From an uncultured Acidobacteriota bacterium (GTDB taxonomy: Bacteria > Acidobacteriota > UBA6911): a DNA stretch of 64,000 bases. Under the pieces are notes generated by a model, which did not search any database, was not told the DNA's origin, and was given only the letters and a program-made list of their open reading frames with translations. The stretch is taken from positions 32,001 through 96,000 of the forward strand of contig CAWHCF010000034.1 in the NCBI GenBank assembly GCA_963827655.1, written 5' to 3'. This document shows, piece after piece, positions 20,644 through 30,861 of this stretch (position 1 is its first letter; every line of letters begins with the position of its first letter). A program made the translations under genes and the position numbers.

Positions 20644-21873
20644 CTAATTACCTACCCAAGTAAGAAATCGGTTTAGAAGCCAGGGCGTGGAGTTGGATTT
20701 TGAGGGACGCGATTTGCGTCCTTCCCTCTCCAGAGCCCCGTGCATTGCCAGGCCAATTGCAGTGGCATAGACAGGATGGGCCAGATCATCCGTCAGGCCA
20801 TGAATGCCCTGGGGGAGGCCTTGACGGACGGGCATCTCAAGCATCTCTTCCGCCAGCGCCAGCAGGCCATCCAGCAGGCTGCCTCCTCCTGTGAACACAG
20901 CGCCGGCAATCAGTTGTTCTCTGTCGGCGGTACTGCCGATTCTCTCTTTGATCAATTCCAAAGCTTCGACGGCGCGGTCCTTCAGGATCTCGCACACCAT
21001 CTTTCGGGGCAGTGGGCGTGGGCTCCGGGTTGCCACACCCGGGACTTCAATCATCTCATCGGGAGATAGGCTGTCGACCAGGACGGTCCCATGGTTGAGC
21101 TTGATTCGCTCCGCGTCGTCGATGGGGGTGCGCAGCCCGATCGAGAGGTCGCGGGTGAAGTGCGCGCCTCCTATCGGAAGCACGAAAGAGGAGCGGATCG
21201 CATTCTTCAGGTACACTGCGACGTCGCTGGTTCCGCCGCCGATGTCGATTACGGCGACGCCGAGCTCTTTCTCGTCGGGTGTCAGCACTGCCTCGGAACT
21301 TGCGAGCTGCTGAACGACAACATTTTTCACGCGCATTTGCGCGCGATTGACGGCATTGATCAGGTTCTGGGTGAGCGCCGTGTCGGAGGTGACCACATGG
21401 ACATTGACGTCCAGGCGTGAACCGGTGAGCCCTACCGGATTCTGGATGCCCCCCCGGTTATCCAGCAGGAACTCCTGAGCCAGCACGTGGAGAATCTCAC
21501 GTTCCGCAGGCACAGGAATGGCTTGAGCTGCCTGGATTACATTGGCGACATCGTCCATGGTCACTTCATTGTTCTTTCCTTCGACTGAAGCCGCCCCATG
21601 GCAGTTGAATCCCTGGATGTGGTCGCCGGAGACTCCAACCGTGACCCAATCCACTGAGATACCTGATTTGGCTTCGGCCTCGTCTGCCGCCTTGCGAATG
21701 GCGGCGGCGGCCTCCTCGAGGTCGACCACGACTCCTTTCTTCAGTCCGGACGACAGGGCGTAGCCGGTGCTTACCACCTCAAGGCTGTCGTTCTCGAGAG
21801 CGCGCGTGATGAGCATGCAAATCTTCGTCGTCCCGATGTCCAAGCTGCAAATGATGCGATCTTTCCTGCCCAA
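20644..21873 (-). CDS. ftsA: Cell division protein FtsA
   Basis: LDIGTTKI, IDIGGGTSD, YATAIGL; TTG start. Confidence 0.96.
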   Translation of the reverse strand: MGRKDRIICSLDIGTTKICMLITRALENDSLEVVSTGYALSSGLKKGVVVDLEEAAAAIRKAADEAEAKSGISVDWVTVGVSGDHIQGFNCHGAASVEGKNNEVTMDDVANVIQAAQAIPVPAEREILHVLAQEFLLDNRGGIQNPVGLTGSRLDVNVHVVTSDTALTQNLINAVNRAQMRVKNVVVQQLASSEAVLTPDEKELGVAVIDIGGGTSDVAVYLKNAIRSSFVLPIGGAHFTRDLSIGLRTPIDDAERIKLNHGTVLVDSLSPDEMIEVPGVATRSPRPLPRKMVCEILKDRAVEALELIKERIGSTADREQLIAGAVFTGGGSLLDGLLALAEEMLEMPVRQGLPQGIHGLTDDLAHPVYATAIGLAMHGALEREGRKSRPSKSNSTPWLLNRFLTWVGN

Positions 21874-21898
21874 CTGAGCCCCTTTCCGGATTTGCCGT

Positions 21899-22825
21899 TT
21901 ACGGACGCGCCACCTGGATATTTTCTTCGGGCTGCAAACCCGATCCAGGCCGGGGCCGGTAAATGATCCGGCCCTCGAAGCGCAGGTCGATCGAGACAAT
22001 CTCGTTATACTGAGACTTAAGATCCTGGTATTGCGCCATATTGGAAATCAGTGTGCGAAATCGCTTCAGGAAATCGCGATCGCCGAGCGACACTTCGGCG
22101 CCGTCGTCTACCAGGAGAATCTTGACGTTGCCTTTATCGGCGAGATCCACTTCAGAAATGTTGCGGGTGAAGGCCGGCGACCCGTAATCGAGTTCCTCGA
22201 GCATTCTCATTCCCAGGCCGACTCGCGCCGAATTTTCCGCCTGGTTCATCCGATATTCCTGGACGTTGTGCCCAACCAGGCCTTTGAAAACCGGTACATC
22301 CAGCTTGCCGTATTTTTGCTCATACCGGCTCAGCAGAATGCCGTTCTTGTCGGCGAGCATGAGTTCCCCCTGGACCTCCAACAGCACCGAAGGAGTGCGC
22401 TCGCCTACGTAGATAATCAGGCGCGAGGGAAGGATGCGCCGGATCTCCGCTTGTGCGATCCAGGGTTCCTCCTCCAGCCGGCTGCGCAACTGCTTCAAAT
22501 CAATTTGGAGAATGTTGGAGGGGACGCTTTCGCGAACGACGCGTTCCAAGGCATCGGCGCTGGAGTGTTTACAGCCCACAAAGTTGATGTTCTGCACCTT
22601 GAACCGCTCCGAGGTAAGGGAATGCTTGACCAGCGAAACGAGCAGCAACGTCAGCAGGGCAAGGAATGTGAACTTGCCAAGGATGGGAAGCGCGGCCGCG
22701 AGGCGCCAGTATGCTCCGTGATTCTTCTGGGTCGTCTTCCTGCGCAACGAGCGGGTCTTTTCCGGAATCGGCGCGGTTCTGGCCGATTCGGAAGCCGTGA
22801 GATTTTTGCTGGTGCTTATCTCCAT
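21899..22825 (-). CDS. ftsQ: Cell division protein FtsQ/DivIB
   Basis: TM + POTRA (EPWIAQAEIRRILPSRL), IDLRF; dcw position. Confidence 0.92.
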   Translation of the reverse strand: MEISTSKNLTASESARTAPIPEKTRSLRRKTTQKNHGAYWRLAAALPILGKFTFLALLTLLLVSLVKHSLTSERFKVQNINFVGCKHSSADALERVVRESVPSNILQIDLKQLRSRLEEEPWIAQAEIRRILPSRLIIYVGERTPSVLLEVQGELMLADKNGILLSRYEQKYGKLDVPVFKGLVGHNVQEYRMNQAENSARVGLGMRMLEELDYGSPAFTRNISEVDLADKGNVKILLVDDGAEVSLGDRDFLKRFRTLISNMAQYQDLKSQYNEIVSIDLRFEGRIIYRPRPGSGLQPEENIQVARP

Positions 22826-22934
22826 GCTCAACTCCTGAAATTCAGTGACAGGCACCAAATTGCGCTGTTAAGAGAGGCCAAAAGACTGGCGTTTCTGCCA
22901 CGCAATTGGAGCCTGTCACCGAATTTCGTCACAA

Positions 22935-24314
22935 CTACGTTCCCGTATGTTCTTCCCTTTCAAGAAACTCGTCCGCCAGCTTCCAGACGTCCCCGGCCCC
23001 GAGCGTGATCAGAAGGTCCCCGTCAGCGATTCTTTCCTTGATGATCTGACGGGCCGCGGCAAAGCTCTCGGCATAGGTGACGTCTCGGTGCCCGAATTTT
23101 TTCACTTGAGCCGCCAGGTTCTCAGCCGTCACACCCGGGATCGGTTCCTCGCCGGCAGGATAGATCGGCAGCACGATCAGAACGTTAGAGTGGTAGAAAG
23201 CCCGGGCAAAATCCTCTTCGAGGGCCTGCGTTCGGGTATAGCGATGGGGTTGGAACACCGCTACGATTCGCCGCTCGGAGGATTGGCGCGCCGCGCTCAA
23301 GGTAGCGATGATTTCCGTCGGATGATGGCCGTAATCATCGACAACAAGAACCCCCTCGCGCTCTCCCTTGATCTGGAATCGGCGATCGGCGTTCTGGAAG
23401 GTCGCCAGGGCATCGGCAATCCGGCCGAAGGGTATACCCAGTTCCAGTCCCACTGCGATCGCCGCCACAGAGTTCAGGACACTGTGCTGGCCCGGCACCT
23501 GGAGGCGGATCTTTCCGAGCAGCTTGCCGTGATGACTCACGCTGTAGGCGGCGCCAAAGTCTTCGAACTCAATGTGGAAAGCCATCAGGTCGGCCTGCCC
23601 GCCGGTGCCATAGGCCACAATGCGGCGCTGGATCCGCGGGATCACAGCCTGGACGTTCGGATCTTCCAGGCAGAGGATGGCCGACCCGTAAAACGGAACT
23701 TTATTGGCAAAGGCTGCGAAGGCGTCCAGGATCGCTGACAGATCCGTATAATGGTCCATGTGCTCCCGGTCAATGTTTGTGATGACCGCGATGGTCGGGC
23801 TCAGTTTCAGAAACGAACCGTCGCTTTCATCGGCCTCGGCGACGATGAAGTCTCCTTTTCCCAGCTTGGCATTGCTCCCGAGGGCGTTGAGCCGCCCTCC
23901 AATTACCACGGTGGGATCGTGGCCGGCATGGACCAGGACAGTCGCAATCATCGAAGTGGTGGTGGTCTTGCCGTGGCTCCCGGCTACGGCGACGCCGTAT
24001 TTGAGCCGCATGAGCTCGGCCAGCATTTCGGCTCTCGGAATCACCGGAATCTGCCGCTTCTTGGCCTCGAGAATTTCTACGTTGTCGGGACGGACAGCCG
24101 ACGAGACCACCACGACATCGGCGTTGGCAACATTGTCGGGAGAATGAGACGGGGAGATCTTTCCTCCCAGGGACTGCAGCCGCTGAGTGACAGCGCTCGC
24201 CTTGACATCCGAGCCGGAGACCTTGTAACCCAGATTGAGCAGGAGCTCAGCAATGCCACTCATCCCGATGCCGCCGATTCCCACGAAATGAATCCGTTGT
24301 ATCTTCTGAAACAT
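22935..24314 (-). CDS. murC: UDP-N-acetylmuramate--L-alanine ligase
   Basis: [39 protein letters not shown]. Confidence 0.97.
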   Translation of the reverse strand: MFQKIQRIHFVGIGGIGMSGIAELLLNLGYKVSGSDVKASAVTQRLQSLGGKISPSHSPDNVANADVVVVSSAVRPDNVEILEAKKRQIPVIPRAEMLAELMRLKYGVAVAGSHGKTTTTSMIATVLVHAGHDPTVVIGGRLNALGSNAKLGKGDFIVAEADESDGSFLKLSPTIAVITNIDREHMDHYTDLSAILDAFAAFANKVPFYGSAILCLEDPNVQAVIPRIQRRIVAYGTGGQADLMAFHIEFEDFGAAYSVSHHGKLLGKIRLQVPGQHSVLNSVAAIAVGLELGIPFGRIADALATFQNADRRFQIKGEREGVLVVDDYGHHPTEIIATLSAARQSSERRIVAVFQPHRYTRTQALEEDFARAFYHSNVLIVLPIYPAGEEPIPGVTAENLAAQVKKFGHRDVTYAESFAAARQIIKERIADGDLLITLGAGDVWKLADEFLEREEHTGT

Positions 24315-24349
24315 GGCCGCGTGCTTCGTCTCTTAGCGGTTGGCTCCGG

Positions 24350-25423
24350 TCACTTTCGCGCCAACTCCATCAACAGGTCTGCAATTTGCCGGGTGGCATC
24401 GGGCTTGCCCAGTTTTCGAGCGGCTTCTTCCATCCGGGTCAGCCGCTCCGGATGGTGGAGAAAGTCTCGAACCTCTGCAGCGAGCCGATCGGGAGTCAAT
24501 TCCGCCTCAGGGATCATTCGGGCGGCGCCTAACTCCTCGAGCGCCCGGGCGTTCCTGGTCTGGTGATCGTCTGTCGCTGCCGGGAAGGGAACTAGAATCG
24601 CGGCTTTCCCCGCTACCGTAACCTCCGCGATAGTTCCAGCCCCTGCCCGGGACAGGAGAAGATCTGCCGCGCCAAACTCTTCGTATATCCTCGGCAAAAA
24701 CGCCCGTACGTCGGCTTCGACCTGGGCTTCCCGGTAAGCTCTTTGTACCGGTTCCAGCTCTCGTTCTCCGGTCTGATGAATTATTCTGAGTCCTGGGCTC
24801 ATCTTCTTAAGTTCCTCGAGGGCAGCACACACGACCGTATTCAGAGCGTGACTTCCCTGGCTGCCTCCATAAACCAGCAGCGTAAGCCTTCCGGAACGAT
24901 GTTCCCTGACCGGGAGACTGCCGAATTCCGGCCGCACCGGAATTCCTGTGACCACGCCCTTCCCCCTGAAGTGCCCGCCATGGTCGGGCAGCGCCAGAAC
25001 CGCGCGATCCACCATCAGCGCGAGCCAGCGATTGGTGAGGCCGGGGTAAGCGTTCGGTTCGACGATCAGCGTGGGTTTGCGCCGCAGCCAGGAAGCCAGC
25101 AGCACAGGACCGGACGAGTAGCCTCCCAACCCGATCACGACATCCGGCGCGAAGTCTCGCACCAGACGGCGGGACTGAACCATGCCCCGCGGCACGAGCA
25201 GGGCACTGCGAACCGCTCTGGTCAGGCTGACGCCTTTCAGTCCTGCCGAATCGATAAACTCCAGCCGGAACCCTTCTTGAGGGACGATGCGGGATTCCAG
25301 CCCGCGGCGCGTGCCCACGAACAAGAACTCGCTCGACGAATCCCGGCGCTTCAACTCGCGCGCAAGGGCTACCCCGATATAAATGTGGCCGCCGGTTCCG
25401 CCGCCGGCGATCATGACCCGCAT
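24350..25423 (-). CDS. murG: Lipid II GlcNAc transferase
   Basis: GGGTGGH, GGY, GGSQGS, RAGAGT, DHQTRNA. Confidence 0.96.
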   Translation of the reverse strand: MRVMIAGGGTGGHIYIGVALARELKRRDSSSEFLFVGTRRGLESRIVPQEGFRLEFIDSAGLKGVSLTRAVRSALLVPRGMVQSRRLVRDFAPDVVIGLGGYSSGPVLLASWLRRKPTLIVEPNAYPGLTNRWLALMVDRAVLALPDHGGHFRGKGVVTGIPVRPEFGSLPVREHRSGRLTLLVYGGSQGSHALNTVVCAALEELKKMSPGLRIIHQTGERELEPVQRAYREAQVEADVRAFLPRIYEEFGAADLLLSRAGAGTIAEVTVAGKAAILVPFPAATDDHQTRNARALEELGAARMIPEAELTPDRLAAEVRDFLHHPERLTRMEEAARKLGKPDATRQIADLLMELARK

Positions 25424-25426
25424 TCC

Positions 25427-25541
25427 GATTCGCGGATTGTGGATTGCGGATTGGGCAAGAGTCGTCATGATCATGAGGCGAAGAATCGATTTGAGCCGCA
25501 CACGTGAGGTTTTCCAATCCGCAATCCACAGTCCGCAATCG
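25427..25541. repeat. Inverted heptamer array between ftsW and murG
   Basis: GATTCGCGGATTGTGGATTGCGGATTGG ... CCAATCCGCAATCCACAGTCCGCAATC. Confidence 0.85.
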
Positions 25542-26642
25542 TTACGCGCCCTCTCCGTAATGGGAGATATTCAAAAGGACACCGGTGGCTAAAAGGTTCA
25601 ACATAAGGGAAGATCCCCCCTGACTGATGAATGGCAGGGCAATACCCTTGGTGGGCATCATGGCCAGCACCATCGAAATATTTATGAAGGCTTGAATGAC
25701 AATCATCAGGGTTATTCCCACGGCCAGATAAAAGCCGAATCGGTCGGGCGCCTTGAACGCGATCTTCATTCCGCGATAGAAGAAAACCAGGAACGCCACC
25801 GCGAGGAAACAGGTTCCCACCAGTCCTAGTTCTTCTCCAATGACCGCGAAGATGAAATCGCTGTGTGCCTCGGGAAGAAAGAAGAGCTTCTGCTTGCTGG
25901 CTCCCAGCCCGAGTCCCCACGGCCCGCCGCTGCCAACCGCAGTCAGCGATTGAGATATCTGCCAGCCTGCGCCCAGGGGGTCATAAAACGGATTCAGGAA
26001 CGACTTGATGCGGTCCCAGCGGAAGGCGACGCGGACTACTGCAAAGTAGGCCACAGGGATGGAGAGCAGGACGGCGACGGCAATGTACTTCCAGTTCAGT
26101 CCTGCCAGGAATAAGACCAGGGCGGCGATGACGATGACGCATACCGCCTGTCCCAAATCGGGCTCGATACCTATCAGCCCGGCGAAGACTCCTATCGCCG
26201 CAACGCAGGGGAGAAGGCCTCTCCAAGGCTGGTTGAGTTCGCTCTCGTGCTTGTGGAGGTAGGCCGCCAGAAACACCAGCAGGACGAGTTTTGCTATTTC
26301 CGACGGTTGAAACGAGATCAGCGGGCCGTAGCGCAGCCAGCGGTGAGCTCCATTAACGCTTGGCTGTGCCAGAACAAGCACGAGACTGGCGGCGCTCAGA
26401 ATGAAGAGCAGCTTCACCACCTTCTCTTTTTGCCAGAAGTGATAATCCAGATTGAGCAGAAAGACCATGGACAGAAATCCCAGGGCCGCATACGCAAGCT
26501 GGCGCAGGAAATAGTAGTAGGAGATGCCGAATTTCGTGGAGGCCACCACGGAAGAGGCGCTGTAGACCATGACGAGGCCGAAGATGGTCAAGAGGCTGGT
26601 GACGATGAACAGAAGTCGATCGCTGGTCGCTTTGTAGGCCAT
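25542..26642 (-). CDS. ftsW: SEDS peptidoglycan polymerase FtsW
   Basis: VYSAS, QPSEIAK, EPDLG, PEAHSDFIFAVIGEELG, LPFISQGGSS. Confidence 0.96.
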   Translation of the reverse strand: MAYKATSDRLLFIVTSLLTIFGLVMVYSASSVVASTKFGISYYYFLRQLAYAALGFLSMVFLLNLDYHFWQKEKVVKLLFILSAASLVLVLAQPSVNGAHRWLRYGPLISFQPSEIAKLVLLVFLAAYLHKHESELNQPWRGLLPCVAAIGVFAGLIGIEPDLGQAVCVIVIAALVLFLAGLNWKYIAVAVLLSIPVAYFAVVRVAFRWDRIKSFLNPFYDPLGAGWQISQSLTAVGSGGPWGLGLGASKQKLFFLPEAHSDFIFAVIGEELGLVGTCFLAVAFLVFFYRGMKIAFKAPDRFGFYLAVGITLMIVIQAFINISMVLAMMPTKGIALPFISQGGSSLMLNLLATGVLLNISHYGEGA

Positions 26643-28211
26643 TATTTCGATTGACGATTGACGATTGACGATTGACGATTGATGAACGATTGACGATTGA
26701 TGATTGCAGATTGACCAATGTGGATTGGAGAATAGCGAATGTCCGCCGCGCTTGAGCTGTGAATCGTCAATCTGCAATCGTCAATCGTCAATCGTAAATC
26801 GTCAATTGTCATCAGTTTGACCTGATCTTTCTTGAGTTCGTAAACCGCTTCCTTGAAGACTCTGCCGCGATGCTCGTAATCTTCGAACATGTCGAAGCTG
26901 GCGCAGGCAGGCGCCAGAAGAACCACATCTCCCGCGCGTCGAATGGCCGCGGCAGAGCTGAACGGCTTCGCGAAAGCTCTTCACTTCGGTTGTCTCAGCG
27001 GCTCCTGCGAGAGCTTTTCGTATTTTCCCGGCGGCCTCGCCCAAAAGCAGAACGTGCTTCACTTTCCGCTCGACCAGGGGGCGCAGGAGGGTGAAGTCGC
27101 CGGCCTTGTCACGGCCGCCCAGGATGACGTGGATGTTTCCCGGGAACGCCTCCAGTGACTTGATCGTCGCATCGACGCTTGTGGCCTTGGAGTCGTTGAA
27201 ATACTGAACCCCGTCGATTTCCGCCACCCATTCCAGCCTGTGCTCGACTCCCTTGAATGAGCGGACAACCTGCCGCATGGTTTGGGGAGCGGCGCCGGCC
27301 AGGAGAGCTATGGTCGAGGCTGCCAGCACGTTTTCCAGGTTGTGGTCGCCGCGCAGCGCGATGTCATCCTTCCGGAAGAGCTCGACATCGCCACCTTCGT
27401 CCCGGTAGACCAACCGGTCGTCTTGTACGAAAGTTCCGCGGTCTACACCGGCTCGCCGGCTGAAAAGGACCGCAGTGGCCCTCACTTCGGCGGCCAAACT
27501 TGCCGTGGGTGGATGGTCCGCATTCAAGACCGCGAAATCGGTTGATTTCTGATTCATAAAAATGCGGCGCTTGGCTTCCACGTAGTCGTCAAAACCGGCA
27601 TAGCGGTCGAGGTGGTTGGGGGTCAGATTCAAGATCGACGCCACCGCCGGACGAAATTCGTGAATGGCTTCGAGCTGGAAGCTGGAGAGCTCTACCGCGT
27701 AGATGTCATCCGGCCTCGAACTCGCCGCGTAGCTGATCAGGGGCGTGCCGATGTTCCCGGCTACGTGACCTTTGAGACCGGCGCCCAGGAGCAATTCACC
27801 GACCAGAGTGGTGGTGGTGGTCTTTCCATTCGTTCCGGTTATCGCCACAACCTTTCCTTTCAGATGCCGGTAAGCCAGCTCCACCTCGGCCAGGATCGGT
27901 ATCTCCGCTTTTCGACTCTCATCCAAGTACTCCAGGCTCAGAGGGACTCCGGGGCTGACCACGACAAAATCGCAGCGTCTGAAGCTCTCCGCCTGATGGC
28001 CTCCCAGTTCCAGGGTCAGCTCGCCGTGCCGTGCAAGCTCTCGCAAAGGAGCAATCGCTTTGTGCAAGACCTCTTCGCCTCTTGTGTCCGAAAGCACTAC
28101 CCGCGCTCCGCGTGAGAGCAGGAACCCGGTTGCCGCGATGCCGCTGCGCGCCGCGCCCACGACCAGCGCCGTGGTTCCTTCATAAGCTTCTTTATCCCGC
28201 CGCGGATCCAT
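26642..28211 (-). CDS. murD: UDP-MurNAc-L-Ala--D-Glu ligase (frameshift ~26932; 3' end uncertain)
   Basis: [23 protein letters not shown]; the C-terminal [14 protein letters not shown] lies in the 26642..26926 frame. Confidence 0.93.
26648..26808. repeat. Long inverted heptamer array (GATTGAC)n ... (GTCAATC)n between murD and ftsW
   Basis: About nine GATTGAC-like units, then a spacer, then about six AATCGTC-like units. Confidence 0.92.
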
Positions 28212-28261
28212 GGGTCACAACACATTCAGCGTCTCTGCGTTTTCGTGGTGGAGAACGGAGT

Positions 28262-29377
28262 TCAGCGCAGCTTCAAGGTCGTAAGACTGAAGAGCGCAAA
28301 AAAGATCGCCATTATCCAGAAACGAATCACGACCTGGCTTTCGGTCCACCCGCCAAGTTCGAAGTGATGATGTACCGGGGCCATGCGAAAGATTCGCCTG
28401 CCGGTGAACTTGAACGACGCTACCTGCAAGATCACCGACAGAGCTTCGAGTACAAACACGCCCCCGATCATGGGAAGCAGGAGTTCCTGCTTGATCAACA
28501 CGGCCACGGCTCCGATCGCCCCGCCCAACGACTGGGATCCCACGTCGCCCATGAAGACCTGGGCTGGATGAGCGTTGTACCAGAGGAATCCCATGGTAGC
28601 GCCCACCATAGCGCCGCAGAAGATGGTTAGCTCCGCTGAATAGGGATTCTTGAACAGATCCAGATACTCCGCCATACGCGCGTGTCCTGTGACGTAGGTG
28701 AGGACGGTCAACGCCGAAGCCGCTATGATCACGCACCCGGAGGCTAAACCGTCCAGGCCGTCCGTAAGGTTCACCGCGTTCGACACGCCCACAAGAATAA
28801 ACAGGACGAAGAATGCGAGAGGAATCGCCAGTGGAATTCCGGGGAACTCCCATAGGCTGAGCTCCGGCGTGAAATTCTTGAAGAAAGGGACGCTGAGCCT
28901 GGTGCTGTAAAGGCCCCACTCGGACAGGTAGTAGAGAGAGACGCAGATCACGAGTCCGATCGTCGCCTGCCACAAGATCTTGGCTCTGGCCGTCATGCCC
29001 AGCGATCGCTTCCTGGTGACCTTGGAGTAGTCGTCCAGGAAACCAACGATGCCGAACAGAAGCGTGGCGATCATTGCCAGCCAGACGTACAGATTTGTGA
29101 GGTTTCCCCACAGGAGTGTGGCGGTGAGAATGCCAATGAGAATGAGTATCCCTCCCATCGTCGGGGTACCAGCCTTGGTCTTGTGAGACGAAGGCCCCTC
29201 TTCCCGGATCTGCTGTCCGATCTGAAATTTTCGCAAGCGACGTATCACCCAGGGTCCCATTACAAGGCAAATCAAGAGCGCAGTCAGGTAAGCCGCCGCC
29301 GTACGAAATGTGATGTACTGGAAGACTCGAAACGGCGGGATCACGCTATGCAGGGAGTAGAGAAAGTAATAGAGCAT
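28262..29377 (-). CDS. mraY: Phospho-N-acetylmuramoyl-pentapeptide transferase
   Basis: GTPTMGG, DDY, NAVNLTDGLDGL, FMGDVGS, HHHFE. Confidence 0.97.
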   Translation of the reverse strand: MLYYFLYSLHSVIPPFRVFQYITFRTAAAYLTALLICLVMGPWVIRRLRKFQIGQQIREEGPSSHKTKAGTPTMGGILILIGILTATLLWGNLTNLYVWLAMIATLLFGIVGFLDDYSKVTRKRSLGMTARAKILWQATIGLVICVSLYYLSEWGLYSTRLSVPFFKNFTPELSLWEFPGIPLAIPLAFFVLFILVGVSNAVNLTDGLDGLASGCVIIAASALTVLTYVTGHARMAEYLDLFKNPYSAELTIFCGAMVGATMGFLWYNAHPAQVFMGDVGSQSLGGAIGAVAVLIKQELLLPMIGGVFVLEALSVILQVASFKFTGRRIFRMAPVHHHFELGGWTESQVVIRFWIMAIFFALFSLTTLKLR

Positions 29378-30781
29378 CTACTTCGCCTCCTCCTGATAGC
29401 GCGCTCTCAGAGCAGTCACTATTTTTTCCAGGTGGACCCCGCGTGAGCCCTTCACCAGCACAATGTCCCCTGGCTCGAGCGTGCGCTCGACGAACTCCCG
29501 CGCCGAATCGACGTCATGGAAGAATCGGGATTCAGCGACCCCATTGTCCGCGGCGCCCCGGGCCAGTTCCAGGGCATGACCCTGCACGGCCACGATGATG
29601 TCGATGCCGCAGGCCGCCGCCCAGTTGCCGCACTCGTAGTGGAGTTCCGCCGATCCTTTTCCCAATTCCAGCATCTCGCCGGCCACGAGGATGCGACGCT
29701 TGGAGAAGCGCAGTTTGCCCAGCGTTTCAGTCATCTGCCTGAGGGCTGCCGGATTGGAGTTGTAGGAATCATCGATCAATGTGAATCCCTCTGTGAAGCG
29801 CACGATCTGGCCCCGCATTGGCGCGTAATCCAGCCCCGTCAAGCTTTCGATAACCTGGTCCATGGGGATTCGATAGAAGCGTCCCAGCGCGACGGCAGGG
29901 AGAGCGTTCATCACATAGTGGGTGCCGGCCATTGGGATCATGGCGCGGCGCGTCACTTCTTCGCACGATACCGTGAAACGCGTTTCCTTGAGGCCCGCGA
30001 GTTCAATTTCAGCCGCGCGCACGTCGGCCTGGGGCGACAAACCAAAGGATATTTTAGGCCCGGTGAATCTTCCCGCTATGGCTTGAACCAGGTCGTCGTC
30101 GGCGTTGTAGACCAGCGTTCCATTGGGTTCCAGCGCCTGAGCCAGTTCACCCTTGGCCTGCGCAATTTCTTCCAGAGAATCAAAGAACTCCAGGTGGACG
30201 GCTGCGACGGCCGTAATCACGCCGGCATCGGGACGGGCGATGCGGCACATCTCGGCGATTTCTCCCCGGGCGCTCATGCCCATCTCAAAGATCCCGATCT
30301 GGTCGTCATCGCTCAGGTTGAAAAGAGAGAGTGGGAGGCCGAACAGATTGTTGTAGTTTCCCGGGGAATGGTAAACGCCATATGCGCTCTTGAGAACGTG
30401 CGCCACAAACTCCTTGGTAGTGGTTTTTCCCACGCTTCCCGTGATGCCGACGAGGCTTCCGGGCCAATGACGGCGCACGGCGGCGGCGAGGTCCTTTAAC
30501 GCCTGGTGTGTGTCTTGCACCCGCACGACGATCGGGCCTCCGGCCGGCGCTTGGTCAAGCTCGTACCCGGAGTCCACGACGACTCCGCACGCTCCTCGGG
30601 CGAGGGCCGAGGCAACGTAGTCGTGGCCGTCGGCGTTCGGGCCCCGAATCGCGAAGAAGAGCTCGCCTGGCATCAGGGTGCGAGAATCGATGGAAATACC
30701 GGGAATAATGGTGTCACGAGAACCTGAAACGAGGATCCCGCCTGTGCTTGATTCCACCTCGCCGGCTGTGACCTGTGCCAT
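29378..30781 (-). CDS. murF: UDP-MurNAc-tripeptide--D-Ala-D-Ala ligase
   Basis: ITGSVGKTTTKE, EMGM, DDSYNSNP, VKGSRG. Confidence 0.96.
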   Translation of the reverse strand: MAQVTAGEVESSTGGILVSGSRDTIIPGISIDSRTLMPGELFFAIRGPNADGHDYVASALARGACGVVVDSGYELDQAPAGGPIVVRVQDTHQALKDLAAAVRRHWPGSLVGITGSVGKTTTKEFVAHVLKSAYGVYHSPGNYNNLFGLPLSLFNLSDDDQIGIFEMGMSARGEIAEMCRIARPDAGVITAVAAVHLEFFDSLEEIAQAKGELAQALEPNGTLVYNADDDLVQAIAGRFTGPKISFGLSPQADVRAAEIELAGLKETRFTVSCEEVTRRAMIPMAGTHYVMNALPAVALGRFYRIPMDQVIESLTGLDYAPMRGQIVRFTEGFTLIDDSYNSNPAALRQMTETLGKLRFSKRRILVAGEMLELGKGSAELHYECGNWAAACGIDIIVAVQGHALELARGAADNGVAESRFFHDVDSAREFVERTLEPGDIVLVKGSRGVHLEKIVTALRARYQEEAK

Positions 30782-30861
30782 GGTCTGCCCCGGGATTATG
30801 GCCGCCGACGAGAAGTTTCCTCGATGTCGCCGGTCAATGAAGGTACGGTTTTGCGTCGACC

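Noticed and set aside
26353-26777. ORFs and N-terminal extensions rich in SSIVNRQ / SAIRNPQ (also 25423-25501, 52974-53027, 56633-56677)
   Set aside because: They are translations of heptamer repeats, not independent genes; starts were reassigned
19385-28211. Pseudogenisation or programmed frameshifting of ftsZ and murD
   Set aside because: Both halves are well conserved and similar indels hit many unrelated neighbours; sequencing error is more likely
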